64,000 nucleotides of DNA from Bacillota bacterium (GTDB lineage: Bacteria; Bacillota; Dehalobacteriia; UBA4068): contig JAUNBC010000001.1 in assembly GCA_030527285.1 (NCBI GenBank), forward strand, positions 4,445 to 68,444. Reading direction: 5' to 3'. Below are positions 1-9,546 of this stretch, in pieces. Numbering within the stretch: the stretch's first letter is position 1; each line of letters starts with the position of its first letter. Under the pieces are notes generated by a model, which saw only the letters and a list, made by a program, of their open reading frames with translations, made no database searches and was not told where the DNA came from. The translations under genes were made by a program, and so were the position numbers.

Positions 1-149
1 GCCGCCGCGATCTGTATCTGCATCAAGTTACACAATAAATAGTATTTTTCTCTAATTGCCACATATGGATATGTACGCAAGCCATAACACTATATATAGT
101 GATATGGCTTTTTAAGTGGGTTTTTGTTGGAATAAATTTCAAAAAATGC

Positions 150-178
150 TTTACAACAGCCGGACGTTCATGTATAAT
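150..178 (+). promoter_or_regulatory. sigma-A-type promoter candidate for the mraZ/dcw operon (TTTACA, 17 bp spacer, TATAAT)
   Basis: TTTACA at 150-155 and TATAAT at 173-178 with a 17-nt spacer, about 45 nt upstream of the mraZ ATG. Flanked by AAGTGG direct repeats. Confidence 0.5.
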
Positions 179-224
179 GAGGCCATAAGGAGCAAAGTGG
201 AGTTAAGTGGAGGCAAATAGAGCA

Positions 225-656
225 ATGTTGATCGGCGAAGTCGCACAAACGATCGACGGCAAAGGCCGCTATATAGTGCCCGCCAAATTCAGGAACGACC
301 TCGGCGCGAGATTTGTGATCGCGCGGGGCGTCGATTGCTGCCTGGCCATCTATCCGCTGGCCGTTTGGCAGCAGGTGGTGGAGAAGCTGGCCGCTACCTC
401 CAAGGCGGATCCGGGCAAGCGCGCTTTCAGCCGCCGCCTCACCTCCAGCGCCTTCGAAGCCGAATTGGACGCGCAATACCGCGTGGTGCTGCCGCCGGCC
501 TTGCGCGAATACGCCAAGCTGCAAAAGGATATCGTCACCATCGGCGCGACCAATAGGCTGGAGATCTGGGATAAAGATATCTGGCATGATTATATCAGCG
601 ACGATGACGGCAGCGATCAGGAGTTAGCGGCGGAATTCGCCGATATACTGCTATAA
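225..656 (+). CDS. mraZ: transcriptional regulator MraZ
   Basis: The ORF-track protein matches the MraZ family (tandem DXXXR-type halves) and is the first gene of the dcw cluster. The probable true start is the ATG at 225 (GGAGG at 209-213), not the GTG at 207 used by the ORF track. Confidence 0.9.
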   Translation: MLIGEVAQTIDGKGRYIVPAKFRNDLGARFVIARGVDCCLAIYPLAVWQQVVEKLAATSKADPGKRAFSRRLTSSAFEAELDAQYRVVLPPALREYAKLQKDIVTIGATNRLEIWDKDIWHDYISDDDGSDQELAAEFADILL

Positions 657-1597
657 TGAGCGGCGAGTTCAGGCATATTCCGGTGCTTGCCGATGAAGTC
701 TTAAAATATCTGTCGCCGGTCGCAGGCGGTACGTATATCGACGGCACCTTAGGCGGCGGCGGTCATGCCGAGCTGATATTACAGCGTATCGGCGAGCAAG
801 GCCGGCTGCTGGGCGTCGACCGCGACCGGCAGGCTTTAGCGGCGGCCGCCGAGCGCCTGCAAACCTATGGCGACAGCTTTTGCGCCGTGCATGGCCGCTA
901 TGCCGAGATGGTCGAGCTGGCCGCGGCGCGGGGCGTCACGGCGGCGGACGGCATACTGCTCGATATCGGCGTTTCCTCTTATCAGCTGGATCAAGCCGAG
1001 CGCGGTTTTTCCTATATGGCGGATGCGCCGTTGGATATGCGTATGGATCGCGGCGAGCAAATCAGCGCCGCCGACATTGTAAACGACGCGGACGAGCGGC
1101 AGCTGACGCAAATACTTTTTGCTTACGGCGAGGAGAAATGGGCTAAGCGCATCGCCGGATTTATCGTCGAGGCGCGTGCGCAAAAACGCATCGAGACTAC
1201 CGGCGAGCTGACGGAGCTGATAAAAAAGGCCATACCCAAGGGTGCGCGGGAAGCCGGTCAGCACCCGGCCAAGCGCAGCTTTCAGGCTTTGCGTATTGCT
1301 GTCAACGGCGAGTTGGAGCAGCTTAAACAGGGCATAGACGCGGCGGTGAGCTTGCTGAAGCCCGGGGGCGTGCTGGTAGTGATCTCTTTTCATTCATTAG
1401 AGGATCGCATCGTCAAGAACAGTTTCCGCTATCATGCCAGCGATTGTATTTGTCCGCCGCAGCTGCCGGCATGCGTATGCGGGCATCATGCCGAACTGAA
1501 GCTGCTGAATAAAGCGCCGGTCATGGCGACGCAGCAGGAAATAGACATAAACCCGCGTGCCCGCAGCGCCAGACTGCGCGCGGCGCGCAAGTTGTAG
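656..1597 (+). CDS. rsmH: 16S rRNA (cytosine1402-N4)-methyltransferase RsmH (MraW)
   Basis: N-terminus HIPVL...DGTLGGGGH is the canonical RsmH SAM-binding start. The start overlaps the mraZ stop (TAATG). Conserved position after mraZ. Confidence 0.95.
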   Translation: MSGEFRHIPVLADEVLKYLSPVAGGTYIDGTLGGGGHAELILQRIGEQGRLLGVDRDRQALAAAAERLQTYGDSFCAVHGRYAEMVELAAARGVTAADGILLDIGVSSYQLDQAERGFSYMADAPLDMRMDRGEQISAADIVNDADERQLTQILFAYGEEKWAKRIAGFIVEARAQKRIETTGELTELIKKAIPKGAREAGQHPAKRSFQALRIAVNGELEQLKQGIDAAVSLLKPGGVLVVISFHSLEDRIVKNSFRYHASDCICPPQLPACVCGHHAELKLLNKAPVMATQQEIDINPRARSARLRAARKL

Positions 1598-1647
1598 GAA
1601 GTATGCAGGAGCCGGTCAGTTATACCGGGGGAGGTGCGAGCATAGCA

Positions 1648-2172
1648 ATGAGTGAAGCCGCATATACATATCGTCAGGCGCATTCCTATGAACGCCGCCG
1701 CAGCGAGGCGGTCAGCGGGCGCAAGGAAAAAACGCGCACGCGGGAAATACGCAAGGACCGGTTGATCATCGTCATGGCGGTGCTGTCGGTATTCATCTGC
1801 GCATTCATGTACACCTTCTTCGAGGCGCAGATCGGCGTCGCCGGGCTGGAAGTATCCTCGCTGAAGCAGCAAATACTCGATACCGAGACCGCGGCGGCGC
1901 GCGTCGATCTGGAGATCGGCAATCTGGCCTCGCTGGAGCGCATCGAGGAATACGCGATCGCCGAGCTGGGCATGGTCTATCCGGACGGCAACGACGTTTA
2001 TTATCTCAATGAGTTCAGCAGCCTGATGATAGCTCAGGGCCGCAGCGGGATCACGGTAGCGGCGGCGGAGCCGTCGCAGCAGGCCGTCAATGACGATCCC
2101 TTCTGGCAATCGCTGAGCGCATTGATCGGCAATTACTTTAACGGAACAGCCTCAGCCGCGGAAAACCAATAG
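1648..2172 (+). CDS. ftsL: cell division protein FtsL-like (single TM, coiled-coil)
   Basis: Small protein with one hydrophobic segment (LIIVMAVLSVFICAFMYTFF) followed by a coiled-coil-like region. Lies between rsmH and the PBP gene as in dcw clusters. The ATG at 1648 has a GGGGGAGG RBS; the ORF track begins earlier at 1603. Confidence 0.6.
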   Translation: MSEAAYTYRQAHSYERRRSEAVSGRKEKTRTREIRKDRLIIVMAVLSVFICAFMYTFFEAQIGVAGLEVSSLKQQILDTETAAARVDLEIGNLASLERIEEYAIAELGMVYPDGNDVYYLNEFSSLMIAQGRSGITVAAAEPSQQAVNDDPFWQSLSALIGNYFNGTASAAENQ

Positions 2173-2202
2173 CGCCTGAGCCGATAATAAGGAGCTAAGC
2201 AT

Positions 2203-4356
2203 ATGTCAGGAGGCCGTATCGTATCAAGACAAAAAATGGCGATAGTGCTGATCATTGTCTTGCTGGCGTTTGCGGTGGTCGTGGGAAAACTATTCTATAT
2301 ACAGTTCATCCAAGGCAGCGAGCTGCAGCAAAAGGCCGAGGAGCTGAGGACCCGGGATCTGCCGGTAGCCGCCGCGCGCGGCACCATCTATGACGCGAAC
2401 GGAAATAAGCTGGCGATATCCATCACCGCCGATTCTATTTCCGCCGCGCCGCCCGAGGTCATCGCTTCCGGGCAAGCTGAGATCACTGCCGAATTTTTGG
2501 CGGAAAAGCTTGACTGCGATTATGCGGATATTTATGACAGCATCACCGGCAATTCATCCTTTGCCTGGGTGGAGCGCAAGGTCGATTTTGAGCTGGCGGA
2601 GGAGATCAGAGCCGCCGAGCTGCCGGGCATCTATATAGTCGGCGAGACGCAGCGTTATTATCCGCGCGGCACGCTGGCCTCTTTTGTGCTGGGCTGCGCC
2701 GGTATCGACAATCAGGGCCTGGAGGGTCTGGAGCTGACGCTGGAGGATTGGCTGGCCGGCGAGAGCGGACGCATCGTCAGCGAGTATGACGCTAACGGCA
2801 ATCCGATACCGCAGGCCGAGTACGAGTATATCGCGCCTACCGACGGCTATGACGTATATATCACCATCGACGAGAACGTGCAGTATTTCTGCGAGCGAGA
2901 GCTGAGCAATCTCATGGAGTCGGACACGCCGCCCAAGCAGGCCGGTATCATCATCATGCGCCCCGATACCGGCGAGATCGTGGCGCTGGCCTGTTCCTCC
3001 GGCTTTGACCCGAATAATTATCAGGATTATACTTCCGCCGAGCGGCGTAATTTCCTGATCAATGATTCCTATGAGCCCGGCTCCACCTTCAAGATCATCA
3101 CCGCCGCCACCGCTTTGGAGGAGGGCGTGGTCAGCGAAGCCGATACTTTCTATGATCCCGGCTATGTGACGGTATCAGGCTCGACGATACATTGCTGGGC
3201 TTCGGTGCCGCATGGCAGTCAGAGCTTGGCGGAGGCGATCAAGAATTCCTGCAATCCGGCCTTTGTCAGCATCGGCCACAGTATCGAGAATAAAGCCGAC
3301 GGGCTATTTTATAAGTACATACAGGCTTTTGGCTATGGCGCGCAGACCGGCGTCGATCTGCCCGGCGAGGCCGAAGGCATATTGCAGGCCGAGGAGAACG
3401 TCAACGCCGTCGAGATCGCGACCATCGCCATTGGGCAGGGCATCGCGGTCACGCCGATGCAAATGATCACCGCGGCCAGCGCCGTGGCCAATGACGGCGT
3501 GCTGCTGCGCCCTCAGTTAGTGTCCGAAGTGCGCGACGGCAGCAAGGTCATATATCAGAGCAGTCCCGAGGTCGTGCGCCGCGTTATCTCCGCCGAGACG
3601 GCGCAGCAGCTGAGGCGGCTGTTGACGGCCGTGGTCAGCGATGGCTCCGGCGCTAACGCCGCCATCGAGGGTTACAGCATCGCCGGCAAGACCGGCACTG
3701 CGCAAAAAGCGGGTGACGGCGGCTATGTGGCGGGCAAATACGTGGCCTCATTCATCGGCATGGTACCGGCGGAAGATCCGGAACTGGTATGTCTGGTGGT
3801 GGTCGATGAACCGAGCGGCGTGTTTTACGGTTCGCAGGTGGCCGCGCCGATATTCAAGGCGGTGATGACGGATACGCTGCGTTACTTTGGCATCACGCCC
3901 AGCGTCGATAGCAGCGATACGGTTACCGAGCCGCTGGAATACGTTACCGTACCCGATGTGATCAATCTCGATATAGATACGGCGTCGATCATCCTGCGCG
4001 AATCGGGCTTGAATCCGAGCATACGCGGCAACGGCGTGATCGTCGAGGATCAAACGCCGGTGGCCGGTACCAGCGTGCTAAGCGGCACGACGGTCGCCGT
4101 CGACACCGCCGATATCAGCGTACCGGCGGGCAGCCTGGTCACCGTGCCTGATCTGCGCGGTATGCGCATCGCCGAAGCGGCGTCTACGCTGTCGGCCCTG
4201 GGCGTCAAGCTGATCGCCGAGGGCAGCGGCGTGGCGGTCAGCCAATCGCCGCAACCGGGAACGACGGTAACAAGCGGCAGCTCCGTGACCGTGGTGTTCA
4301 GCGAGCCGGCTGTACCGGACGCGGAAAATGACGGCGGCGTAACGGACGGCGAGTAA
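2203..4356 (+). CDS. class B penicillin-binding protein (FtsI/PBP2B/SpoVD family) with two C-terminal PASTA domains
   Basis: N-terminal TM, transpeptidase motifs (STFK, SCN, KTGT) and two PASTA-like repeats at the C-terminus (VTVPDV... and VTVPDLRGM...). Sits between ftsL and murE. Confidence 0.9.
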   Translation: MSGGRIVSRQKMAIVLIIVLLAFAVVVGKLFYIQFIQGSELQQKAEELRTRDLPVAAARGTIYDANGNKLAISITADSISAAPPEVIASGQAEITAEFLAEKLDCDYADIYDSITGNSSFAWVERKVDFELAEEIRAAELPGIYIVGETQRYYPRGTLASFVLGCAGIDNQGLEGLELTLEDWLAGESGRIVSEYDANGNPIPQAEYEYIAPTDGYDVYITIDENVQYFCERELSNLMESDTPPKQAGIIIMRPDTGEIVALACSSGFDPNNYQDYTSAERRNFLINDSYEPGSTFKIITAATALEEGVVSEADTFYDPGYVTVSGSTIHCWASVPHGSQSLAEAIKNSCNPAFVSIGHSIENKADGLFYKYIQAFGYGAQTGVDLPGEAEGILQAEENVNAVEIATIAIGQGIAVTPMQMITAASAVANDGVLLRPQLVSEVRDGSKVIYQSSPEVVRRVISAETAQQLRRLLTAVVSDGSGANAAIEGYSIAGKTGTAQKAGDGGYVAGKYVASFIGMVPAEDPELVCLVVVDEPSGVFYGSQVAAPIFKAVMTDTLRYFGITPSVDSSDTVTEPLEYVTVPDVINLDIDTASIILRESGLNPSIRGNGVIVEDQTPVAGTSVLSGTTVAVDTADISVPAGSLVTVPDLRGMRIAEAASTLSALGVKLIAEGSGVAVSQSPQPGTTVTSGSSVTVVFSEPAVPDAENDGGVTDGE

Positions 4357-4370
4357 AGGCGGGAATAAAC

Positions 4371-4398
4371 TTGAAAGATCGCGGAAAATGATTATAAT
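4371..4398 (+). promoter_or_regulatory. internal promoter candidate upstream of murE (TTGAAA, 16 bp spacer, TATAAT)
   Basis: TTGAAA at 4371-4376 and TATAAT at 4393-4398 in the 66-bp gap between the PBP gene and murE. An 11-bp direct repeat gcggaaaatga occurs at 4321 and 4381. Confidence 0.35.
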
Positions 4399-4422
4399 GT
4401 AATAAAGACAGGAGGGCTGAAT

Positions 4423-5907
4423 ATGCTATTCGCCGATTTATTGCAGGCTTTGGGCGCGGATATCGTCGTCAGACGCGGCGCGCCGCCTGATATGACGGTC
4501 AGCGGTATCGCTTATGATTCGCGCAAGGTCGCAGACGGCTTCGTCTTTGTCGCCATCCCCGGCGCGCAGGCCGACGGACATGACTTCATCCCGCAGGCCT
4601 TGGCTGCCGGCGCGCGCGTGATCGTGGCCGAGCGCGAGATCGCCGGCATGCCCTCGCAGGCGGCGTTGTTGATCGTCGGCGACAGCCGTCATGCGCTGGC
4701 CGCCATAGCCGCCGCCTTCTACGGCTATCCCGACCGTCAGGCGCGGCTGATCGGCGTTACCGGCACCAATGGCAAGACCACGACCACGCATCTGATCAAA
4801 TGGCTGTTTGAAGCGCGCGGGCATAAGACCGGCCTGATCGGCACCATCAACAATAAGGCCGGCGACAAGCTGCTGCCGGCCACGCATACCACGCCCGAAT
4901 CATTGGAGCTGTACGGACTGTTCGCGCTGATGCGCGACGAGGGCTGCCGGTATCTGGTGATGGAGGTATCGTCGCATGCGCTGGCGCAGGGGAGGGTATC
5001 GGCCTGTGATTTTTCCGGCGCGGTATTCACCAATCTGACGCAGGATCATCTTGACTATCACGGCACTATCGCCGAGTACCGGCGCAGCAAGACCAGGCTG
5101 TTTGCGATGCTGGACGCCGCCTGCGGACAAGCCCGCTACGGCGTCATCAACGTCGACGACGCATCGGCTGCCGATTTTGCCGAGGTTTGCGCCGCGCCGC
5201 TTTGGACGTATGGCGCGCAGGAAGGCTCGACGCTGCGTCTGCTCCATTATTCGGCTTCGTCGTCGGGCATGGAGTTTGAGCTGAGCTATGAGGGACAGGT
5301 CTATGATTTCAAGATCCCGCTGATCGGCAAATTCAACGTCTACAACAGCATGGCGGCGATCGCGGTGGCCTTGGCCGAGGGCATGGCTATCGACGATATC
5401 AGGGCGGCGATGGCAAATGCGCCGCAGGTGGCGGGTCGTTTTGAGCTGGTGGACGAGGGGCAGGATTTTTTCGTCGTCGTCGATTATGCGCATACGCCGG
5501 ACGGGCTGGAGAACCTGCTGTCGGCAGCGCGCGAGCTCAAGCCGCGCCGGCTGATCACCGTGTTCGGCTGCGGCGGCAATCGCGATAACGGCAAACGCCC
5601 GATCATGGGACGCATCGCCGGCCGGCTCAGCGATATCGCTATCGTCACCTCCGATAATCCGCGCTTCGAGGAGCCGCGCGCGATCATCGACATGGTGGAG
5701 TCGGGCATCAAGCAAGTGTGCAATAATTATCTGGTGGAAGAAAACCGCGCCCGCGCCATTGGGTTGGCGATCAATATGGCGGAGCCGGGCGATATGGTAG
5801 TGATCGCCGGCAAGGGGCATGAGGATTATCAGCTGATCAAGGGCGAGAGCTTCCATTTCGACGATCGCGAGCAGGCGCGTGAGCAGCTGCGTTTGCGCGC
5901 AAAATAA
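4423..5907 (+). CDS. murE: UDP-N-acetylmuramoyl-L-alanyl-D-glutamate--2,6-diaminopimelate ligase MurE
   Basis: Mur ligase architecture with GVTGTNGKTTT P-loop and DNPR motif. AGGAGGG RBS. Canonical dcw position. Confidence 0.95.
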   Translation: MLFADLLQALGADIVVRRGAPPDMTVSGIAYDSRKVADGFVFVAIPGAQADGHDFIPQALAAGARVIVAEREIAGMPSQAALLIVGDSRHALAAIAAAFYGYPDRQARLIGVTGTNGKTTTTHLIKWLFEARGHKTGLIGTINNKAGDKLLPATHTTPESLELYGLFALMRDEGCRYLVMEVSSHALAQGRVSACDFSGAVFTNLTQDHLDYHGTIAEYRRSKTRLFAMLDAACGQARYGVINVDDASAADFAEVCAAPLWTYGAQEGSTLRLLHYSASSSGMEFELSYEGQVYDFKIPLIGKFNVYNSMAAIAVALAEGMAIDDIRAAMANAPQVAGRFELVDEGQDFFVVVDYAHTPDGLENLLSAARELKPRRLITVFGCGGNRDNGKRPIMGRIAGRLSDIAIVTSDNPRFEEPRAIIDMVESGIKQVCNNYLVEENRARAIGLAINMAEPGDMVVIAGKGHEDYQLIKGESFHFDDREQAREQLRLRAK

Positions 5908-5923
5908 ACCTGACGAGGACGCT

Positions 5924-6898
5924 ATGCTGTATTTTCTGATATTCATTGCCGCTGCGGTATTGACGCTGCTCGGCGGAAAACTGATATTGCCGCTGCTGAT
6001 CCGGCTCAAGGTCGGCCAGACCATACGCGCCGAGGGGCCGCAGAAGCATTTTGCCAAGGCCGGCACGCCGACCATGGGCGGCGTATTCTTCATCCTGGCG
6101 GCGTTTTTGACGGCGGCCGTGTTTTGCTCCGGCAGCAGTCTGTTTTGGATCTGGCTGTTCGGCTTTTTGGCTTTTGCCATCATCGGCGGCGCGGACGATA
6201 TGTTCAAGGTAGCGCTGCATCGCAATCTTGGCCTTACCGTCAAGCAGAAGTTCGCCGCGCAATTCGCGGCCATCGCCATCGTGCTGCTGATGAGCGAGCG
6301 GCTGCTGGGTCGCGGCACCGTGCTATACTTCGGCCCGCAGCTGCCCTTGCTCGACCTCGGCTGGTGCTATTATCCGCTGATGGCGCTGTTCCTCGTTTAT
6401 TTTATCAATGCCGTAAATCTGACCGACGGCCTGGACGGGCTGGCGGCGGGCGTTTCCTTCATCGTTTTCATCGGCGTCGCCGTAATCGGCGTCGGCGCGG
6501 CTGCCTTCAGCTCCGTATATGCCGACCTGCCGCTGATCGCCTTGGCCATGGCCGGCGCGATGCTTGGCTTCCTCTACTATAACAGCCATCCGGCGCGCGT
6601 GTTCATGGGCGATACCGGCTCGCTGGCTATCGGCGGCGCGATCGCCGCCCTGGCGGCGGCCGCCGGTCTGGAGATCATCATCATCGGTTTCGGCGTCGTG
6701 TTTATCGTCGAGGCGCTGTCGGTAGTGTTGCAGGTGCTGTATTTCAAGCTGACCAAGGGCAAGCGGCTGTTTTTAATGTCGCCGCTGCATCATCATTTTG
6801 AGCTCAAGGGCTGGAAGGAGACCAAGGTCACCGCTGTATTCTGGCTGCTGTCGGCGGCGGGCGTATGCCTGACGCTGATCGTTTCCGCTATCGTATAG
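5924..6898 (+). CDS. mraY: phospho-N-acetylmuramoyl-pentapeptide transferase MraY
   Basis: Polytopic membrane protein with MraY motifs (NAVNLTDGLDGLA, HHHFEL). The probable start is the ATG at 5924; the ORF track starts at 5879 and overlaps the murE end. Follows murE directly, with no murF between them. Confidence 0.95.
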   Translation: MLYFLIFIAAAVLTLLGGKLILPLLIRLKVGQTIRAEGPQKHFAKAGTPTMGGVFFILAAFLTAAVFCSGSSLFWIWLFGFLAFAIIGGADDMFKVALHRNLGLTVKQKFAAQFAAIAIVLLMSERLLGRGTVLYFGPQLPLLDLGWCYYPLMALFLVYFINAVNLTDGLDGLAAGVSFIVFIGVAVIGVGAAAFSSVYADLPLIALAMAGAMLGFLYYNSHPARVFMGDTGSLAIGGAIAALAAAAGLEIIIIGFGVVFIVEALSVVLQVLYFKLTKGKRLFLMSPLHHHFELKGWKETKVTAVFWLLSAAGVCLTLIVSAIV

Positions 6899-6950
6899 GC
6901 GCGCAATGCGCCTTGTCGTCCGGCATCGTAATCGAGCATAAGGAGAGCGC

Positions 6951-8294
6951 ATGAATTTTCGAGGACAGAGACTGTTGATCGTAGGCGCAGGCAAAAGCGG
7001 CGTCGCCGCCGCTCGTTATGCTTTGGCGCACGGCGCGCAGGTAACGCTCTTTGACAGCAAGGAGCGCGAGGCTCTGCCGCGCGAGGTCGGGGAATTGCAG
7101 CGTTTCGGCGCGCAGTTGTATTGCGGCCATGCGCTGCCGCAGCGCGTGGATTGGCAATTATGCGTCGTCAGCCCCGGCGTGCCGCCGCGCATCCCGATAC
7201 TGAATATGACGCGCGAGGCCAAGGTCGAGATCATCAGCGAGATGGAGCTGGCGTATCGCGCCGCGCGCCATCCCTTCGTCGCCGTCACCGGTACCAATGG
7301 CAAGACTACCGTGACCTCGCTGATCGCTTATATCTGCGAGCGCGCCGGCATCAAGCATTTGCTGGGCGGCAATATCGGCACGCCGCTGATCGGCGCGGTG
7401 GAGCGCTTCAACGGCAGCGTGATCGTGGCGGAGTTGTCGAGCTTCCAGTTAGAGGGCTGCTCCAGCTTCAAGCCGCATATCGCCGTTTATCTCAATCTCA
7501 CGCCCGATCATCTTGACCGCCACGGCGATTTTGCAGGTTATATGGCGGCCAAGGAGCGCGTATTCGCGCAGCAGGCGGCTGACGATTATACGGTGCTCAA
7601 TTATGACGACGAGCATACGCGCGCGGCGGCGGCAAAAAGCGCGGCGCGCATCATCTGGTTTAGCTGCAGCGAACAGGCCGGCGACGGCGTATATCTGCGC
7701 GACGGGCAGGTGACGTATCGCTTTGACGGCAAGCAGGGCATACTATTGCCCGCGTCCGGCATATATATCAAGGGGCGGCATAATCTGCAAAACGCCATGG
7801 CCGCCGCGGCCGCCGCTTTATGCCTTGGCGTCGAGCCGGAGCGGCTCGCGCCGGCGCTGGCCGAATTCAGGGGCGTGGAGCACAGGCTGGAATTCGTCCT
7901 GGAGCGCGACGGCGTGACCTATGTCAACGACTCCAAGGGCACCAATCCCGACAGCACCACGCAGGCGCTGCTCGCTTATGAGCAACCGCTGATACTGCTG
8001 GCCGGCGGGCGCGGCAAAGGCGCCGATTTCCGCCCGCTGATGCGGCTGATCGCGCAGAAATGTAAGCTGCTGATCATCTACGGAGAATGCTGGCGCGACT
8101 TGAAGGACGCCGCCGATGACTGCGGCTATGCCGCCTATCAGTTAGCGGAAGGCTTTGAGCAGGCGGTACGCATGGCGCAGCACAGCGCCGTTGCGGGAGA
8201 CGTGGTGCTGCTGTCGCCGGCTTGCGCGTCATGGGATATGTTCAGCGATTACGAGGAACGCGGGCGCGTGTTCAAAAAACTGGTGAGCGAGTAG
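6951..8294 (+). CDS. murD: UDP-N-acetylmuramoylalanine--D-glutamate ligase MurD
   Basis: N-terminal Rossmann GxGxxG (IVGAGKSG) followed by a Mur ligase core (GTNGKTT). Conserved position. Confidence 0.95.
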   Translation: MNFRGQRLLIVGAGKSGVAAARYALAHGAQVTLFDSKEREALPREVGELQRFGAQLYCGHALPQRVDWQLCVVSPGVPPRIPILNMTREAKVEIISEMELAYRAARHPFVAVTGTNGKTTVTSLIAYICERAGIKHLLGGNIGTPLIGAVERFNGSVIVAELSSFQLEGCSSFKPHIAVYLNLTPDHLDRHGDFAGYMAAKERVFAQQAADDYTVLNYDDEHTRAAAAKSAARIIWFSCSEQAGDGVYLRDGQVTYRFDGKQGILLPASGIYIKGRHNLQNAMAAAAAALCLGVEPERLAPALAEFRGVEHRLEFVLERDGVTYVNDSKGTNPDSTTQALLAYEQPLILLAGGRGKGADFRPLMRLIAQKCKLLIIYGECWRDLKDAADDCGYAAYQLAEGFEQAVRMAQHSAVAGDVVLLSPACASWDMFSDYEERGRVFKKLVSE

Positions 8295-8306
8295 CGGAGG
8301 CCGGAC

Positions 8307-9428
8307 TTGAGTGAGAAAAAGAAAAGACGCAATCCTGATTGGTGGATACTGATAACGGTGGGGCTGCTGCTGGCGGTCGGTATCATCATGGTGTTCTCCT
8401 CCAGCCAGTATTTCGCCAAATACGAGCCATATAACGACACCTATTATTTTCTCAAGGAGCAGGCCGGCAATATTTTCGTCGGCCTTATCGCCATGGTGTT
8501 TGCCTATAAGGTCAATCTGCGCGTCTATTACCGCCTGGCTTGGCCGGTATATATCGGTATTTGCGCTTTGCTGCTGGTGATGGTCGTGCTGAGCGAGCTC
8601 GGCCTGCTGGAATCCGCCGGCGGAGCCAGCCGCTGGCTGGTAGTAGCCGGGTTCAATTTCCAGCCCTCGGAGCTGGCCAAGATCGCTCTGCCGCTGCTAT
8701 TGGCGCGGCGGCTCAGCGATACACGCGAATATGCCGAGGATTTCCGCTATTCCTTCCTGCCGGCGTTGGGGCTGCTGATACTGCCCTGCGTGCTGATCGT
8801 CGCCGGACGCGATCTGTCGTCGGCGGTGGTGGTGGGCGCTACCGGTGTGATCATGCTGTTTTGCGGCGGCATTTTGGTGCGTTATCTGCTGATGACCTTC
8901 GCTATGGGCGCGGCGGGCATTGCCGCCGCCATCGCGCTGTTCCCCTTCCGCATGGATCGCATTTACGCCTGGTTCGACCCATGGGAATACGCGCAGGACG
9001 AGGGCTTTCAAGCCGTGCAATCGCTGATGGCGCTCGGCTCGGGCGGCCTGTCCGGCGTGGGTCTGGGCGCGGGCGGCTCCAAATGGTTCTATTTACCGGA
9101 GCGGCATACCGATTTTATTTTCTCCGTCTTGGGCGAGGAATTAGGCTTTCTCGGCGGCGTATTCCTGATACTGTTGTTCGCGGTGCTGGTATGGCGCGGC
9201 ATTCTCACGGCGGTGCGCTGCAAAAACACCTTCGCCTCGTTGTTGGCGATGGGGCTGATCTGCTCGATCGCCGTGCAGGCGCTGGTCAACCTCGGCGTTG
9301 TCACCGGACTGCTGCCGGTGACCGGCGTGACGCTGCCGTTTATCAGCTACGGAGGCACCTCGATGGTGGTGACGCTGACCATGGTCGGCGTTATACTCAA
9401 TGTTTCGCGCTACCGGGATCGTATCTGA
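8307..9428 (+). CDS. ftsW: SEDS-family peptidoglycan glycosyltransferase / lipid II flippase FtsW (SpoVE-like)
   Basis: Ten-TM SEDS protein with typical FtsW/RodA conserved blocks. TTG start at 8307 preceded by GCGGAGG. Confidence 0.9.
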   Translation: MSEKKKRRNPDWWILITVGLLLAVGIIMVFSSSQYFAKYEPYNDTYYFLKEQAGNIFVGLIAMVFAYKVNLRVYYRLAWPVYIGICALLLVMVVLSELGLLESAGGASRWLVVAGFNFQPSELAKIALPLLLARRLSDTREYAEDFRYSFLPALGLLILPCVLIVAGRDLSSAVVVGATGVIMLFCGGILVRYLLMTFAMGAAGIAAAIALFPFRMDRIYAWFDPWEYAQDEGFQAVQSLMALGSGGLSGVGLGAGGSKWFYLPERHTDFIFSVLGEELGFLGGVFLILLFAVLVWRGILTAVRCKNTFASLLAMGLICSIAVQALVNLGVVTGLLPVTGVTLPFISYGGTSMVVTLTMVGVILNVSRYRDRI

Positions 9429-9442
9429 CGCACCAAAGGCAC

Positions 9443-9481
9443 GCCGCCGGCATAAATATATGTCGGCGGCTTTTTTTTTGC
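9443..9481 (+). terminator. intrinsic terminator inside the dcw cluster (between ftsW and murG)
   Basis: GC stem cgccgccggc...gtcggcggc followed by a run of 9 T. Confidence 0.55.
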
Positions 9482-9546
9482 CGCGATATATGATATACTG
9501 ATTATCTGTTGTTCAGGTTAATTTCGCCACAATTGCGGGGGAGCGT

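Noticed and set aside
1603-1647. Upstream extensions of ORF-track starts (ftsL 1603, mraY 5879, yicC 29828, gmk 31379, coaBC 32292, PBP 34732, nadK 44388, wecC 59753, pyrF 16415, fumarase beta 13586)
   Set aside because: In each case an internal ATG with a good Shine-Dalgarno gives the conserved N-terminus of the family. The extensions run through AT-rich leaders or overlap the preceding gene.
5908-5923. Missing murF between murE and mraY. Is it a deletion?
   Set aside because: murE followed directly by mraY is the normal Firmicute arrangement; murF is encoded elsewhere. It is not a signal.
4900-6318. Long antisense ORFs. Examples: 4900..6318 minus 472 aa, 17438..18628 plus 396 aa, 27982..29154 plus 390 aa, 32316..33701 minus 461 aa, 48660..50156 minus 498 aa, 61502..62926 plus 474 aa.
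   Set aside because: They lie opposite well-supported conserved genes in GC-rich DNA where stop codons are rare. Their translations are low-complexity Arg/Ala/Gly-rich with no recognisable domains, so they are spurious.
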